DNA of 64,000 nt from Candidatus Altimarinota bacterium (GTDB taxonomy: Bacteria > Patescibacteriota > Gracilibacteria > UBA4473): assembly GCA_965231215.1 (NCBI GenBank), contig OZ246423.1, positions 1,120,001 to 1,184,000 of the forward strand. Direction: 5' to 3'. The notes beneath the pieces were generated by a model that did no database searches, was not told the DNA's origin, and saw nothing but the letters and a program-made list of their open reading frames with translations. The position numbers and the translations under genes were made by a program. Below are positions 28,914 to 38,717 of this stretch, piece after piece (the stretch's first letter is position 1; the number at the start of each line of letters is the position of its first letter).

Positions 28914-29671
28914 TAGGCAATAACGTTGAGTCCTGTTTTCTGGGGGAGGTGAGCATCAAACCCCTGGCTCTGAATTTCTTCAACTAGTTCTTTGCCTCCA
29001 GATTTGAGAATTTGTCCTTTGCTAAATATATGTACATGAGTGGGTTCAATTTCGGCTAAGAGTTTATCAGAGTGGGTTACAAGAATCAGAGCTTTTGAGC
29101 TATCTTCTGTGAATTTTCGTAGCGCTTTCCCAATTTTCCTAATAGTATCAACGTCAATTCCAGAGTCGATTTCATCTAAGAAAGCGATCTGAGGATCGAG
29201 AGTGAGCAGAGAAGCCACTTCAATTTTTTTTCGTTCCCCGCCAGAGAACCCTAAGTTGGTTTCTCTGTCAGCAAATTCGGCGGGTAATCGGAGATTTTCT
29301 AGGGTTTGGACGAGTGATTTTTTAAATTTAAAACTCGACGAAAATGACTCGTCATGAGCTTTTTTAGAGGCAAAAAGAAAGTCTTTTACACTGACTCCAT
29401 CAATCTCTGGTGGAGCTTGAAAAGTAAAAAAGAACCCAGCTTGAGCTCTTTCACTTGGTTCAAGTTCTAAAAAATTGACCCCCTCAAAGGTAATATCCCC
29501 ATCGGTTACTTCATATTTTTCGTCCCCTAAAATGACCCTTCCAAGAGTGGATTTGCCACTCCCATTTGGGCCGAGTAAAACATGAGTTTCTCCAGCTTTA
29601 ACAGAGAGGTCGACTCCTCGGAGTATTTTTTGGTCTTCAAATTGGGCTTTTAAGCCTTTTATGATGAGCAT
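28913..29671 (-). CDS. sufC: Fe-S cluster assembly ATPase SufC
   Basis: GPNGSGKST, GFSGGERKK, LDEIDSGIDVD. Confidence 0.96.
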   Translation of the reverse strand: MLIIKGLKAQFEDQKILRGVDLSVKAGETHVLLGPNGSGKSTLGRVILGDEKYEVTDGDITFEGVNFLELEPSERAQAGFFFTFQAPPEIDGVSVKDFLFASKKAHDESFSSSFKFKKSLVQTLENLRLPAEFADRETNLGFSGGERKKIEVASLLTLDPQIAFLDEIDSGIDVDTIRKIGKALRKFTEDSSKALILVTHSDKLLAEIEPTHVHIFSKGQILKSGGKELVEEIQSQGFDAHLPQKTGLNVIA

Positions 29672-29797
29672 TTCGGTATACCTAAATTTAGTAGAATAGT
29701 TTTAGAGGTTTGCAGGTAAAAGTCAAAGTGATTTTTTATATAAATATATTTAATCCGAATGCTTGATAAAAATGTCAATTTGTTGTAAAATAGTGGG

Positions 29798-31321
29798 ATG
29801 TTTTTATGCAAAAACGTACAAAAAACTGTGTCTTTACTCATCTTGAATGCCTTTTTAGCCTATTCTGTAGAGGCAGCGGTAGTGTTTACAACCGAAGAAA
29901 ATGGAACCCATGATCAGACTTTTTACATTGATTCTGGTGATATATCTACAGACTTCATCGACCTTGAGTTTGGGACCTCTATAGATGCCAAGTTACGGTA
30001 TGATGTGGTGAATGATAAATTTGAGTTGAATCGAGACTTGGGCATAGGCGATCCCACCCCAGATCACACGCTGGATGTAGCCGGAAATATCGGCGTAGAT
30101 GCTGGAGGATACTTTAATCTAGGAGATACCGATGGAGCTGCAGGATATGGTCTGCGTGATAATAGTGGGACGCTTGAATTTAGAGCCAACCAAACCACCG
30201 CGACTTGGAGGCCTCTTGGTACGGCTTTGGTAGATGCTGATGAAGATACAATGGTACAGGTAGAAGAATCGGCTAATGAGAATATGATTCGGTTTGATAG
30301 TAATGGGCTTCAGCGAATGGTAATTGATAACACCGGAAACATTGATATTAAAAATAGTACTGGAGCTACAGATGTAATAGTCATCAATGAAGGGAAGGGG
30401 AGTTCAGCAACTGCCCCAGATTTTCAATTTGATACAGATGGTTTGCTTTCAGCTACTTCAAATATGGTTTTAAATATTGATTCAGATAACAATGAAACGG
30501 GAGCCAATTTTAGAGTTATGCATAATGCCAATAACACGACGACCGCCACAGAACTTTTGCGGTTAGATGAAGAGGGGGATTTAGGTTTAGGGGGGGAAAC
30601 GAACCCTCAGCATAGTTTAGATATTGCGGGAACTGGTACTCAGATTGAGATAGGGGATGGAACGGCCAATGATCATATCATTAACTTTGATGAGGGGATT
30701 GACAGAAATTTTGGATGGGATGATTCTGATAGTACACTCTCTACCTTTAATAACCTTTTAGCTTTTAGAACCTATCAAAGCGCCACCCCTCCAGCGACAT
30801 GTTCTGCGACGGTAGCTGGGGCTCAGTGGATGGATACCGACACGGGGATATTGTATATCTGTGATACGAGTAATGGTCGAAACAAATGGTTATCGGTAAA
30901 CGAGTTCAATATCTTTGGGGATGAATCAGGCACTTGCCCTGCCGGACAAGATGCAAATTCTAATGCAAACTGTAATGTGGATTGGGGGAATGGACTTGGG
31001 CCAGATGGAGCAACCGATTTAGGGATTTATATTCCTCACAACACAACGATTACTGGGTATGGCTTTAGTGCGGACAATGATGCGTGTACTTCAGGTTCTT
31101 TTGATGTAGAAGTTTGGGGAACAAATTCTAATACAGATGATAACAATTATTCATTACTTCAGACCGTAGCGGCCGGACTGAATGGGGAAACCCATAATGG
31201 GAATAACCTCAATTTGGATTTGGTAGGTGATCAATATCTGGTTTGGGGGATTGATAATAATTGTGGGCAAAGCATTGATGACTGGAATGTAATTCTTTAT
31301 TTCCGGTATCGTCATAACTAG
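29798..31321 (+). CDS. Secreted modular fibre/adhesin-like protein (stand-alone member of the family at 48.7-60 kb)
   Basis: Signal peptide, then VFTTEENGTHDQTFYIDSGD..DFIDLEFG module shared with 51014 and 52774; Cys-containing C-terminal head. Confidence 0.75.
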   Translation: MFLCKNVQKTVSLLILNAFLAYSVEAAVVFTTEENGTHDQTFYIDSGDISTDFIDLEFGTSIDAKLRYDVVNDKFELNRDLGIGDPTPDHTLDVAGNIGVDAGGYFNLGDTDGAAGYGLRDNSGTLEFRANQTTATWRPLGTALVDADEDTMVQVEESANENMIRFDSNGLQRMVIDNTGNIDIKNSTGATDVIVINEGKGSSATAPDFQFDTDGLLSATSNMVLNIDSDNNETGANFRVMHNANNTTTATELLRLDEEGDLGLGGETNPQHSLDIAGTGTQIEIGDGTANDHIINFDEGIDRNFGWDDSDSTLSTFNNLLAFRTYQSATPPATCSATVAGAQWMDTDTGILYICDTSNGRNKWLSVNEFNIFGDESGTCPAGQDANSNANCNVDWGNGLGPDGATDLGIYIPHNTTITGYGFSADNDACTSGSFDVEVWGTNSNTDDNNYSLLQTVAAGLNGETHNGNNLNLDLVGDQYLVWGIDNNCGQSIDDWNVILYFRYRHN

Positions 31322-31363
31322 AAAAGATGGCTAAAAAACACTATGCTGTAAAAAAACAAATAA

Positions 31364-32191
31364 ATGGGAATTATAAGTGATATTATTGGGCACAAAATAA
31401 AAGCTTGGTTGTACGAAGCTTTTGAGAACCATGAGTCGAGAACGGGAAGATGTGTAGGGTATTTTTTGATGGGGCTTATTGTTGCCTCTATTGGACTTTT
31501 TATTTATGAAAGTACTCCAGAGGGAGCCCAGTACGCAGAGACGTTCCATAAATTTGATATTATAGTGGTTTCGATCTTTGCGATAGAGTATTTAGTCCGT
31601 TTTTATCTAGCCAACCGTAAATGGAGGTTTGTGGTTTCCCCCTTAGCTTTAATAGATCTGTTTGTAATTTTGACGTTCTATATTTCCGTTTCTAATTTCC
31701 TCTTTTTGCGAAGTTTTAGAGTGCTTAAAATCCTACAATTGCTAAAAATCTTTCGATACTCGGACGTACTTTTGGATTTCTTTAAGTCGTTCAAAAACTA
31801 CCATAATGAATTTAAGATCTTTGGATCGACCTTAATTGTGGCTTTGGTTTTGAGTTCAAGTGGACTCTATTATTTAGAACGGTATGAAAATCCAGATATC
31901 AATTCTATTCCTGATGCTATTTGGTGGGCGACAGTGACGATTTCTACCGTAGGATACGGAGACATTGTGCCGGTTACTTGGGGAGGAAAGTTATTGGCTG
32001 GATTCATGATGTTTATGGGCCTTGGAGTGATTGCGATATTTACCGCGATTATTACCAAGATGTTTATTGATCACTTCTTTGGAAAGAGGAATCATGTTTG
32101 CTATTACTGTCATTACCCACGACATGATTTCGATGCCAAATTCTGTAAAAACTGTGGTAATTCGCTGGATGTAAAGCTCGAAGAAAGTTGA
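31364..32191 (+). CDS. Voltage-gated-type potassium channel with C-terminal zinc ribbon
   Basis: WWATVTISTVGYGD filter; S4-like FLRSFRVLKILQLLK; CYYC...CKNCG. Confidence 0.92.
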   Translation: MGIISDIIGHKIKAWLYEAFENHESRTGRCVGYFLMGLIVASIGLFIYESTPEGAQYAETFHKFDIIVVSIFAIEYLVRFYLANRKWRFVVSPLALIDLFVILTFYISVSNFLFLRSFRVLKILQLLKIFRYSDVLLDFFKSFKNYHNEFKIFGSTLIVALVLSSSGLYYLERYENPDINSIPDAIWWATVTISTVGYGDIVPVTWGGKLLAGFMMFMGLGVIAIFTAIITKMFIDHFFGKRNHVCYYCHYPRHDFDAKFCKNCGNSLDVKLEES

Positions 32192-32289
32192 ATCTACCAA
32201 TATTTCACCTTCAATAAGAAACGCCTAAACAAAACGAGCTTTTTTTATACGCTTTTATGTTTAGAATGGTCATGATTTAGTAATTTTTT

Positions 32290-33357
32290 ATGGAAACTTT
32301 AAAAAAGAAAATTGATTGGTTCAAACTCACAAAGCCCTACCAAGCCCCAGAAAATTTAAAAAGCTGGTGGCAGATAGCCAGCTCCTTTATAGGATTTGTA
32401 GGAATATGGATTGTCGCTTTTTTTGCGCTGAAGATTCATTTTATTTTGATGCTGCCTATTGCTTTTTTAGCGGCACTGTTTGCCGTAAAAATTTTTATTA
32501 TTCAGCATGATTGCGGTCATGGATCTTTTTTTAAAAATAAGGTACTGAGAGATCATGTAGGCTCTCTCTGCAGTATTGTTACTATGGTGCCTTATGAAGA
32601 GTGGCAGTACAAACATGCTCAACACCATACCCATTTAGGAAAAGAAGAAAACCTGTGGAAAGATATAGGGGATATTGATGTACTTACAAGCAAAGAATAT
32701 CTACGACGCTCTAAATGGCAGAGAGCGTATTATTTGTTCTATAGAAATCCTATTATCCTGTTTTTGTTGGGGCCAGCGTATGTATTTTTTATTGAGTATC
32801 GGCTTCCACATCCAGCCTTGCGAAAAAAAGAAAACCTTAGATGGAGTGTGTGGAATACTAATATTGGCCTCCTCGCTCTATTTTTTTGGGGCAGTAGTTT
32901 TACGGGGGTTTATGCCTTTCTGCTAATTCATTTAATCACCCTTTATTTTGCGACAATAATTGCGGCTTGGCTCTTTTATATTCAACATCAGTTTGAAGAT
33001 CGTTATGTTGAAGAAGCTGAAAACTGGGATTATGCAGAAGCCGCTATCTATGGGAGTTCTTATTTTAAACTTCCAAAGCTTTTACAGTGGTTTACTGGAA
33101 ATATTGGCTTTCACCATATTCACCATCTCAGCCCTACAGTGCCAAACTATAAATTAGAGAAATGTCATAAGGATAATCCCGTGTTTGAGCGAGAAGTATA
33201 TACATTAACGCTGCTTAACTGTTGGGAAACCATGCGACTTAAATTTTGGGACAAAGACCTTAAAAGAATGATCACCTATAAAGAACTTTGTGAATTTTAT
33301 GGACATAAAGATAGGATTTTGAGCCGAATACTATCACTCAGATTAAGGCGTGTGTAA
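32290..33357 (+). CDS. Membrane fatty acid desaturase (Des/DesA-like)
   Basis: Three His boxes: QHDCGH, HAQHH, HHIHH; WLFYIQHQFE; WFTGNIG. Confidence 0.93.
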   Translation: METLKKKIDWFKLTKPYQAPENLKSWWQIASSFIGFVGIWIVAFFALKIHFILMLPIAFLAALFAVKIFIIQHDCGHGSFFKNKVLRDHVGSLCSIVTMVPYEEWQYKHAQHHTHLGKEENLWKDIGDIDVLTSKEYLRRSKWQRAYYLFYRNPIILFLLGPAYVFFIEYRLPHPALRKKENLRWSVWNTNIGLLALFFWGSSFTGVYAFLLIHLITLYFATIIAAWLFYIQHQFEDRYVEEAENWDYAEAAIYGSSYFKLPKLLQWFTGNIGFHHIHHLSPTVPNYKLEKCHKDNPVFEREVYTLTLLNCWETMRLKFWDKDLKRMITYKELCEFYGHKDRILSRILSLRLRRV

Positions 33358-33362
33358 AAAGT

Positions 33363-34223
33363 CTAAAACTGAAAGTTTAGTTTTTCAGCCGCCTCAATTG
33401 TGTTTTCAATTAAACAAAAAACGGTCATAGGGCCTACTCCACCTGGAACAGGGGAGATAGCTTTGGCTTTTTGTGAGGCACTTTCAAATTCTACGTCTCC
33501 ACAGAGTTTACCATCCTCTTTGCGATGAATCCCTACATCAATTACGGTGCAGCCTTCGGGAATTTGACTTCCCGTAATCATTTCAGGTCTACCAACAGCC
33601 ACGATAAGGATGTCGGCTTTAGCGATTTGAGCCTCAAGGTCTTTGGTCCGGCTGTGACAAATAGTAACAGTAGCATTTTTATTAAGGGCCAAAATTGAGA
33701 CGGGTTTCCCTACAATATTAGAACGCCCAATGACTACTACGTGTTTACCAGATAGTTCTTCACCAGATTCTTCAATCATCCGGATAACTCCTTTGGGGGT
33801 ACAACATTGAAGGCACGGTTCTCCCAGGAAAAGTTTCCCCACATTTTCTGGAGTGAACCCATCTACGTCTTTGGCTGGATCTATCGCTCGTAGAATTTTT
33901 TCCACCGAAATATGATCTGGTACAGGCAATTGAACAATCACGCCGTGAATTTCATCATCGTGGTTTATACGTTCAATTTCTTCTAATATTTTGGCTTCAC
34001 TCACGCTGTCTTCATATCGCCAAGTTTCAGCGACGATACCAGCCCTTTCTGCAAATTTTTCTTTTTGTCGTACGTAACTAGCTGAAGCTGGATGTTCTCC
34101 AATAAGGATTACAATTAACTTTGGGTGAACATTTTTTTTGTTCAATAATTCGACTTTTGGTTTAAGTTCATGATCCAATAAACGTTCTGCGATTTCTTTG
34201 CCAGAGATAATTTGAGCCGTCAT
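33363..34223 (-). CDS. folD: Methylene-THF dehydrogenase/cyclohydrolase
   Basis: VQLP, KDVDGF, CTPKG, GRSNIVGKP, PVPGGVGPMT. Confidence 0.97.
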   Translation of the reverse strand: MTAQIISGKEIAERLLDHELKPKVELLNKKNVHPKLIVILIGEHPASASYVRQKEKFAERAGIVAETWRYEDSVSEAKILEEIERINHDDEIHGVIVQLPVPDHISVEKILRAIDPAKDVDGFTPENVGKLFLGEPCLQCCTPKGVIRMIEESGEELSGKHVVVIGRSNIVGKPVSILALNKNATVTICHSRTKDLEAQIAKADILIVAVGRPEMITGSQIPEGCTVIDVGIHRKEDGKLCGDVEFESASQKAKAISPVPGGVGPMTVFCLIENTIEAAEKLNFQF

Positions 34224-34243
34224 GATTTTTATAAGAGTAAGAG

Positions 34244-34909
34244 TTATTTCTTTTGTAGCTTTTCTAAAACCAAATTCAAAATTTCTTCACCAATTTCTTC
34301 TCGTCGTCGGAGGTCTCCGTCATTGTCTACCGACATCTTGGTCCATTTGAAGTCATTATCACATCGCTCTAGGGCGACTTCGCGTACTTTTTTGAGATAG
34401 GTTTCGTCAGACTCATGTAAGTCAGCGGTTCGTCCCTTTGCGGCGTGGATTTTGGCACGAGCTTCTTGGCTGGCATCCAAAAAGATCACTAAACTTTCCC
34501 GAGGAAATCCAAAGAGTTCATATTCTAACTTTTCCACATATTTTTTCAGGTCTTCAATTTCGTCATTATTTTGTCCTCGAGCTGGAGTGTAGATCAGGTT
34601 AGAGGTAACCCCTCTATCAAAAATTACCACGTCATGGTCATTCCTCATTTTTTCCACATCCTCAATTTGAAACAACCTGTCAGAAGCATAAAGGCTCGCA
34701 ATCATCTTGGGGTCAAGATCATGAAAGTCCCCCAACTCTCCTCGGAGGTAAGCAGCAATTCTTACACCAGCTGGAGTAATTTCATAGCCGGGGAAACGTT
34801 TCCAACCGACAGCAATATTTTTGGCTTTTAGGTTTTCAAGCAGTAATTCGGTTTGAGTGGATTTTCCACACGCATCTAACCCTTCAAGAACAATAATAGG
34901 CGCTTTCAT
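34244..34909 (-). CDS. tmk: Thymidylate kinase
   Basis: IVLEGLDACGKSTQ, LYASDR, VIFDR. Confidence 0.92.
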   Translation of the reverse strand: MKAPIIVLEGLDACGKSTQTELLLENLKAKNIAVGWKRFPGYEITPAGVRIAAYLRGELGDFHDLDPKMIASLYASDRLFQIEDVEKMRNDHDVVIFDRGVTSNLIYTPARGQNNDEIEDLKKYVEKLEYELFGFPRESLVIFLDASQEARAKIHAAKGRTADLHESDETYLKKVREVALERCDNDFKWTKMSVDNDGDLRRREEIGEEILNLVLEKLQKK

Positions 34910-35169
34910 TCGTTTTTTCCGTACTTAATTTTGCAGATAATAATAGCTATGTAAGAGATTAGTAATAGCGCATTTACGAGGGTTATTGGCCAATCAGATT
35001 TTAGGTACCCATAAATGAGCCATAAAACCGCCGCGGTAGTCAGCATAGAATAAGTTTTCAGTGAGATGTCCTCAACAGATTTGGTGCGCCAAACCTGAAT
35101 AGTTTGCGGCACAAAAGCGACTCCAAGTATAGCGGTAGCAACGTATCCGAGAATATCAACATTTTCCAT
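34906..35169 (-). CDS. SemiSWEET / PQ-loop transporter
   Basis: AFVPQTIQVWRTKSVEDIS, LWLIYG, PITLVN. Confidence 0.9.
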   Translation of the reverse strand: MENVDILGYVATAILGVAFVPQTIQVWRTKSVEDISLKTYSMLTTAAVLWLIYGYLKSDWPITLVNALLLISYIAIIICKIKYGKNE

Positions 35170-35205
35170 TTGTGAGAGGGATTGCGTGCATTGTATTATC
35201 TTCAT

Positions 35206-35943
35206 ATGGAAAATAAACCCAAAATATTCGGAATTTTAAATGTGACACCAGATAGTTTTTCTGATGGTGGGCGATTTCAGGATATCGAAAAAGCTTTAGA
35301 TCAGGCTCAGAATTTATTTAATGACGGGGCTGACTTTATAGACATTGGTGGAGAATCTACGCATCCAGGAGCTCAAGAACTAACGCCTAAACAAGAGTGG
35401 GGGAGAATAGAAGCCATTGTCTCAAAGTGCCTTGACCTCTATCCAGGCAGAGTCTCACTTGATACCCGTAAGCCTGAAATAGCCAAAAATTTTTTGGAAT
35501 TAGGCGGCACTATTATCAATGATGTGTCTGGTTTCCAGGATGAGCGCATGATTGATTTGGCGGTAGAATATGATGCAGTGTGTATTGTAAATCACTTCCC
35601 TGGGACAACTATAGCTGAAGTTCATGAACAAAAAATTAGTTCATCTATGAAAGTTGTAGATGACCTTACTACCAGGGCAGAACAGATGATGTATTTAGGC
35701 GTAAAGAAATCCCAGATTATTTTGGATCCAGGGATTGGGTTTGGGAAAACGATGGAGCTTAATTGGGAGCTTTTGAAGTTTGCAGAATACGTGCCTGAAT
35801 TTAAGGTAATGATAGGACATTCAAAAAAGCGCTTCCTCGGACAAAATCGTTTTGAGGAAGAACCCAATAGAGAAGCCGCCAAAGTAGCAATAAATTCTGG
35901 AGCTAGTTTTCTACGTGTCCACCACCCGCAGTGGGTTGAGTAA
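35206..35943 (+). CDS. folP: Dihydropteroate synthase
   Basis: GILNVTPDSFSDGG, DIGGEST, LDPGIGFGK, SKKRF, LRVH. Confidence 0.96.
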   Translation: MENKPKIFGILNVTPDSFSDGGRFQDIEKALDQAQNLFNDGADFIDIGGESTHPGAQELTPKQEWGRIEAIVSKCLDLYPGRVSLDTRKPEIAKNFLELGGTIINDVSGFQDERMIDLAVEYDAVCIVNHFPGTTIAEVHEQKISSSMKVVDDLTTRAEQMMYLGVKKSQIILDPGIGFGKTMELNWELLKFAEYVPEFKVMIGHSKKRFLGQNRFEEEPNREAAKVAINSGASFLRVHHPQWVE

Positions 35944-36085
35944 CACCTACACTACGAGCTCGTACAAGGCAGGCTTGCACACCAATTTTAGCATCAGCTA
36001 GATTTAAGCCAGAAGGCAGATCAACATTGCCGCCTCCTTCTACTACTTCTTTGGTTCTTTTGAGAGCCAGTCCACTAGAAGCCAT
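35903..36085 (-). CDS. Small hypothetical protein
   Basis: 60-aa ORF with TTGACG-16-TATGTT promoter 6 nt before the ATG; overlaps the folP 3' end. Confidence 0.4.
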   Translation of the reverse strand: MASSGLALKRTKEVVEGGGNVDLPSGLNLADAKIGVQACLVRARSVGVTQPTAGGGHVEN

Positions 36086-36130
36086 ACAGCTAACATAACG
36101 GATTTTTAATACCCGTCAAATTTTTGTGAA

Positions 36131-37570
36131 TTAGGCTTCACTGATAGGGAGAGATTTATTATCTTTAATAATAGCTTCCAGTATAAAGTCCCAGGCTTTA
36201 CTACTAGGGAACTTACTTGAGTCAGATAAAAACGCTTCTAACGACCTTTTTTGAGCTCCATTAAGGGTAACTCTTAACTTGTTTTGAACGTAAGTAGTAA
36301 TCCGTGTAGCGTTAGTTAGCTCAAAGGTTTTTCTAATGTTTCCAATAAGGTTTTCTTTTTCTGGGTCTTTAAGTCTCCGCATGATAATTTCCTTGATATC
36401 CAATAGTTCATTTAGGTCGTTTTGGTTAATCAGTTCAGAAACTCCATCGACACTCGCATGCTGAGTGAGTTTGGCTTCTTTAGCCACTCTTTCGGCTTCT
36501 TTAGCGGAAGCACTTTCAGCTTTTTCTGCGGCTTGTTTTGCTTCAGCTTCCTCAGCCGCTCGGGCTTCGGCTTCAATGTCGTCCTGGGTTTTCCGATCCT
36601 CAAGTAATTTATCCATGACATCTTCTAGTACTTCATAAGCACTTTCTTCGTCTAAGTCGGTTGTTATGAATTTTTCTGGGAATATTCTTCCATTCATAAC
36701 TTGTTGGTAGATAAGTCTGAAAGCTTCTCGTTGTTCTTCATCTAGACCATTAAATCTTTGGATCAGAATGTCAGTTTCCACCATATCTTCAGAATTGAGA
36801 TCTTTTATGAGTTCGGCTGGAGCAGATTCAAATACTAAAATCCCAAAAATAAGGTCTTTGGCTTGTTTCCTGGTAATAACGTCTTGATTCCAGATAACTT
36901 TTATAGCTTCCAAACTCATACTTGTTTTAGCCATCATTTTTGGTGGATCGTTTCGTGGATCCATAGTTTCTTTTCCAATAAGGAACTTCAAAAAGTTTCT
37001 TCGGTCTTCTTTAGTAAGCTCACTACGAACTTTGTTTACTAGCCTTTTAAGTTCAGGCGTCTGGTCATCAAGTTCATCAAGGGGTGGAAGTGTGGCGATC
37101 TCTAGCATAACTTGCTCAAACTTTTCGAATCGTTGTTGTCTTTCAATGGCTATAGACTCTTCCTCACTTCTTAGGGCCGTTACAGTTCTTTCACTAAAGT
37201 CATCAATCGCACCCTGAACTTTTTCTTGATCCAAAGTAACATGAAGGCTTTCGCTCTTGTATTTACCTCTGAAGTAGAGCCGAATGTTTTTTTTCAGATA
37301 GTTATAGAGTGCTTCTACTTTTTCCGCGCTAATTTTTTCTGCATAATGTGGCTCACCTCGCAAAATCTTAATGAGTACAGTAATACTAATATTGGTGTCA
37401 TTGTCTTCATTAAAATCTCTTATGTGTTCTTGAATTTCTCTAATAAAACTAAAGTCCTCTTTGTTTTTTAAAGCTTTCTCTAGAAAGTCAGCTACGCTTT
37501 CAGCGTTATACTCTTTCCCTACAAAATCTTCGTAAGGAATATCCACAACCGTTGGTTTTTGTAATCCCAT
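36131..37570 (-). CDS. Hypothetical helical protein (orphan)
   Basis: 479-aa ORF with an EA/K-rich coiled segment; leaderless-type promoter. Confidence 0.75.
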   Translation of the reverse strand: MGLQKPTVVDIPYEDFVGKEYNAESVADFLEKALKNKEDFSFIREIQEHIRDFNEDNDTNISITVLIKILRGEPHYAEKISAEKVEALYNYLKKNIRLYFRGKYKSESLHVTLDQEKVQGAIDDFSERTVTALRSEEESIAIERQQRFEKFEQVMLEIATLPPLDELDDQTPELKRLVNKVRSELTKEDRRNFLKFLIGKETMDPRNDPPKMMAKTSMSLEAIKVIWNQDVITRKQAKDLIFGILVFESAPAELIKDLNSEDMVETDILIQRFNGLDEEQREAFRLIYQQVMNGRIFPEKFITTDLDEESAYEVLEDVMDKLLEDRKTQDDIEAEARAAEEAEAKQAAEKAESASAKEAERVAKEAKLTQHASVDGVSELINQNDLNELLDIKEIIMRRLKDPEKENLIGNIRKTFELTNATRITTYVQNKLRVTLNGAQKRSLEAFLSDSSKFPSSKAWDFILEAIIKDNKSLPISEA

Positions 37571-37673
37571 TAATTTATTATAACATAAAAATTAAAAATA
37601 TCAAAAATCTAGTTATGTGATTTAGACAACGGTCAATTCTTGCTAAAGTCTTTAATACAGATAGATTTGAACC

Positions 37674-38717
37674 ATGTTCGAAGCTTTTTCTAATATCGTT
37701 TTACAATTCGTTTTCTGGATTCAGGGAACCCCACTGCCCGATGGCCAAGCATTCGAGGTGGAAACTAAAATTCAGAAGGTTGAATTTAAAGAAGAACAGA
37801 ATGAATCTGCTTTGGAAGAAAAATTTACTGACCCCGATTTTTCTCGAATAGGGCTTAAAACCAATACCAATATTACCTCAATTCCATTAAGTGAAGTGTT
37901 AGGCGGAGGGCCGCACAAAGATGGTATTCCGGCTATTACCAATCCTCAAAACTGGGATAGTGTAGAGCAGGCCGCTTCATGGCTAAAAGCAGATCACTTG
38001 GGCGTGCTCTATGAATATGAAGGGGAAAAGCGTTTTTATCCCTATGATATTTTGTACTGGCATGAGATTGTAAATGATCAGATAGGGGATCATGCTTATA
38101 GCGTTACTTTCTGTCCACTTTGCGGGAGTGTGCTGATATTTGATCGATATCTAGATGGGAACCTCTACACCTTTGGGGTGAGTGGAAAACTCTGGGAATC
38201 CAACTTGTTGATGTATGACCAAACAACAGAAACTCTCTGGTCTCAAATCCGAGGGGAAGCGATGGTAGGAGATTTGACTGGTAAAAAATTGAATCTTCTC
38301 TCAAGCCAGGTTCTCAGCTTTACTCAACTTCAGTCTCATCATCCAAAAGCTATTGTAATGACTCCAGAAACGGGGCACAGAAGAGCCTATGGTAGTAGTC
38401 CTTATGGCGACTATGAAACTAATTCAGAGATTATGTTTGGGGTAAAAAATGAAGATAAAACCTTTCATCCAAAAGAACTATTTTATATCGTGAATTATCA
38501 AAGCTATTCTGTAGGATTTCATCTCAAAGACCTAAAACAAAAGAAATTGGCCTCACTTGAGGTTGACGGCAAAACGCTCACGGCTGAATTCACCCGAGAC
38601 AAAAAAATAATAATCCGAAGTCCAGAAAGGCACGTAATACCAGGATATTTTGCCATGTGGTTTTCATGGAAAACACATCAAGACTTGAATAAGTCTTACT
38701 GGTCTGACACTAATTAA
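37674..38717 (+). CDS. DUF3179 family protein
   Basis: GGPHKDGIPAI, WHEIVND, TFCPLCGS, FGVSGKLWESNLLMYD..TETLWSQ, WFSW. Confidence 0.9.
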   Translation: MFEAFSNIVLQFVFWIQGTPLPDGQAFEVETKIQKVEFKEEQNESALEEKFTDPDFSRIGLKTNTNITSIPLSEVLGGGPHKDGIPAITNPQNWDSVEQAASWLKADHLGVLYEYEGEKRFYPYDILYWHEIVNDQIGDHAYSVTFCPLCGSVLIFDRYLDGNLYTFGVSGKLWESNLLMYDQTTETLWSQIRGEAMVGDLTGKKLNLLSSQVLSFTQLQSHHPKAIVMTPETGHRRAYGSSPYGDYETNSEIMFGVKNEDKTFHPKELFYIVNYQSYSVGFHLKDLKQKKLASLEVDGKTLTAEFTRDKKIIIRSPERHVIPGYFAMWFSWKTHQDLNKSYWSDTN

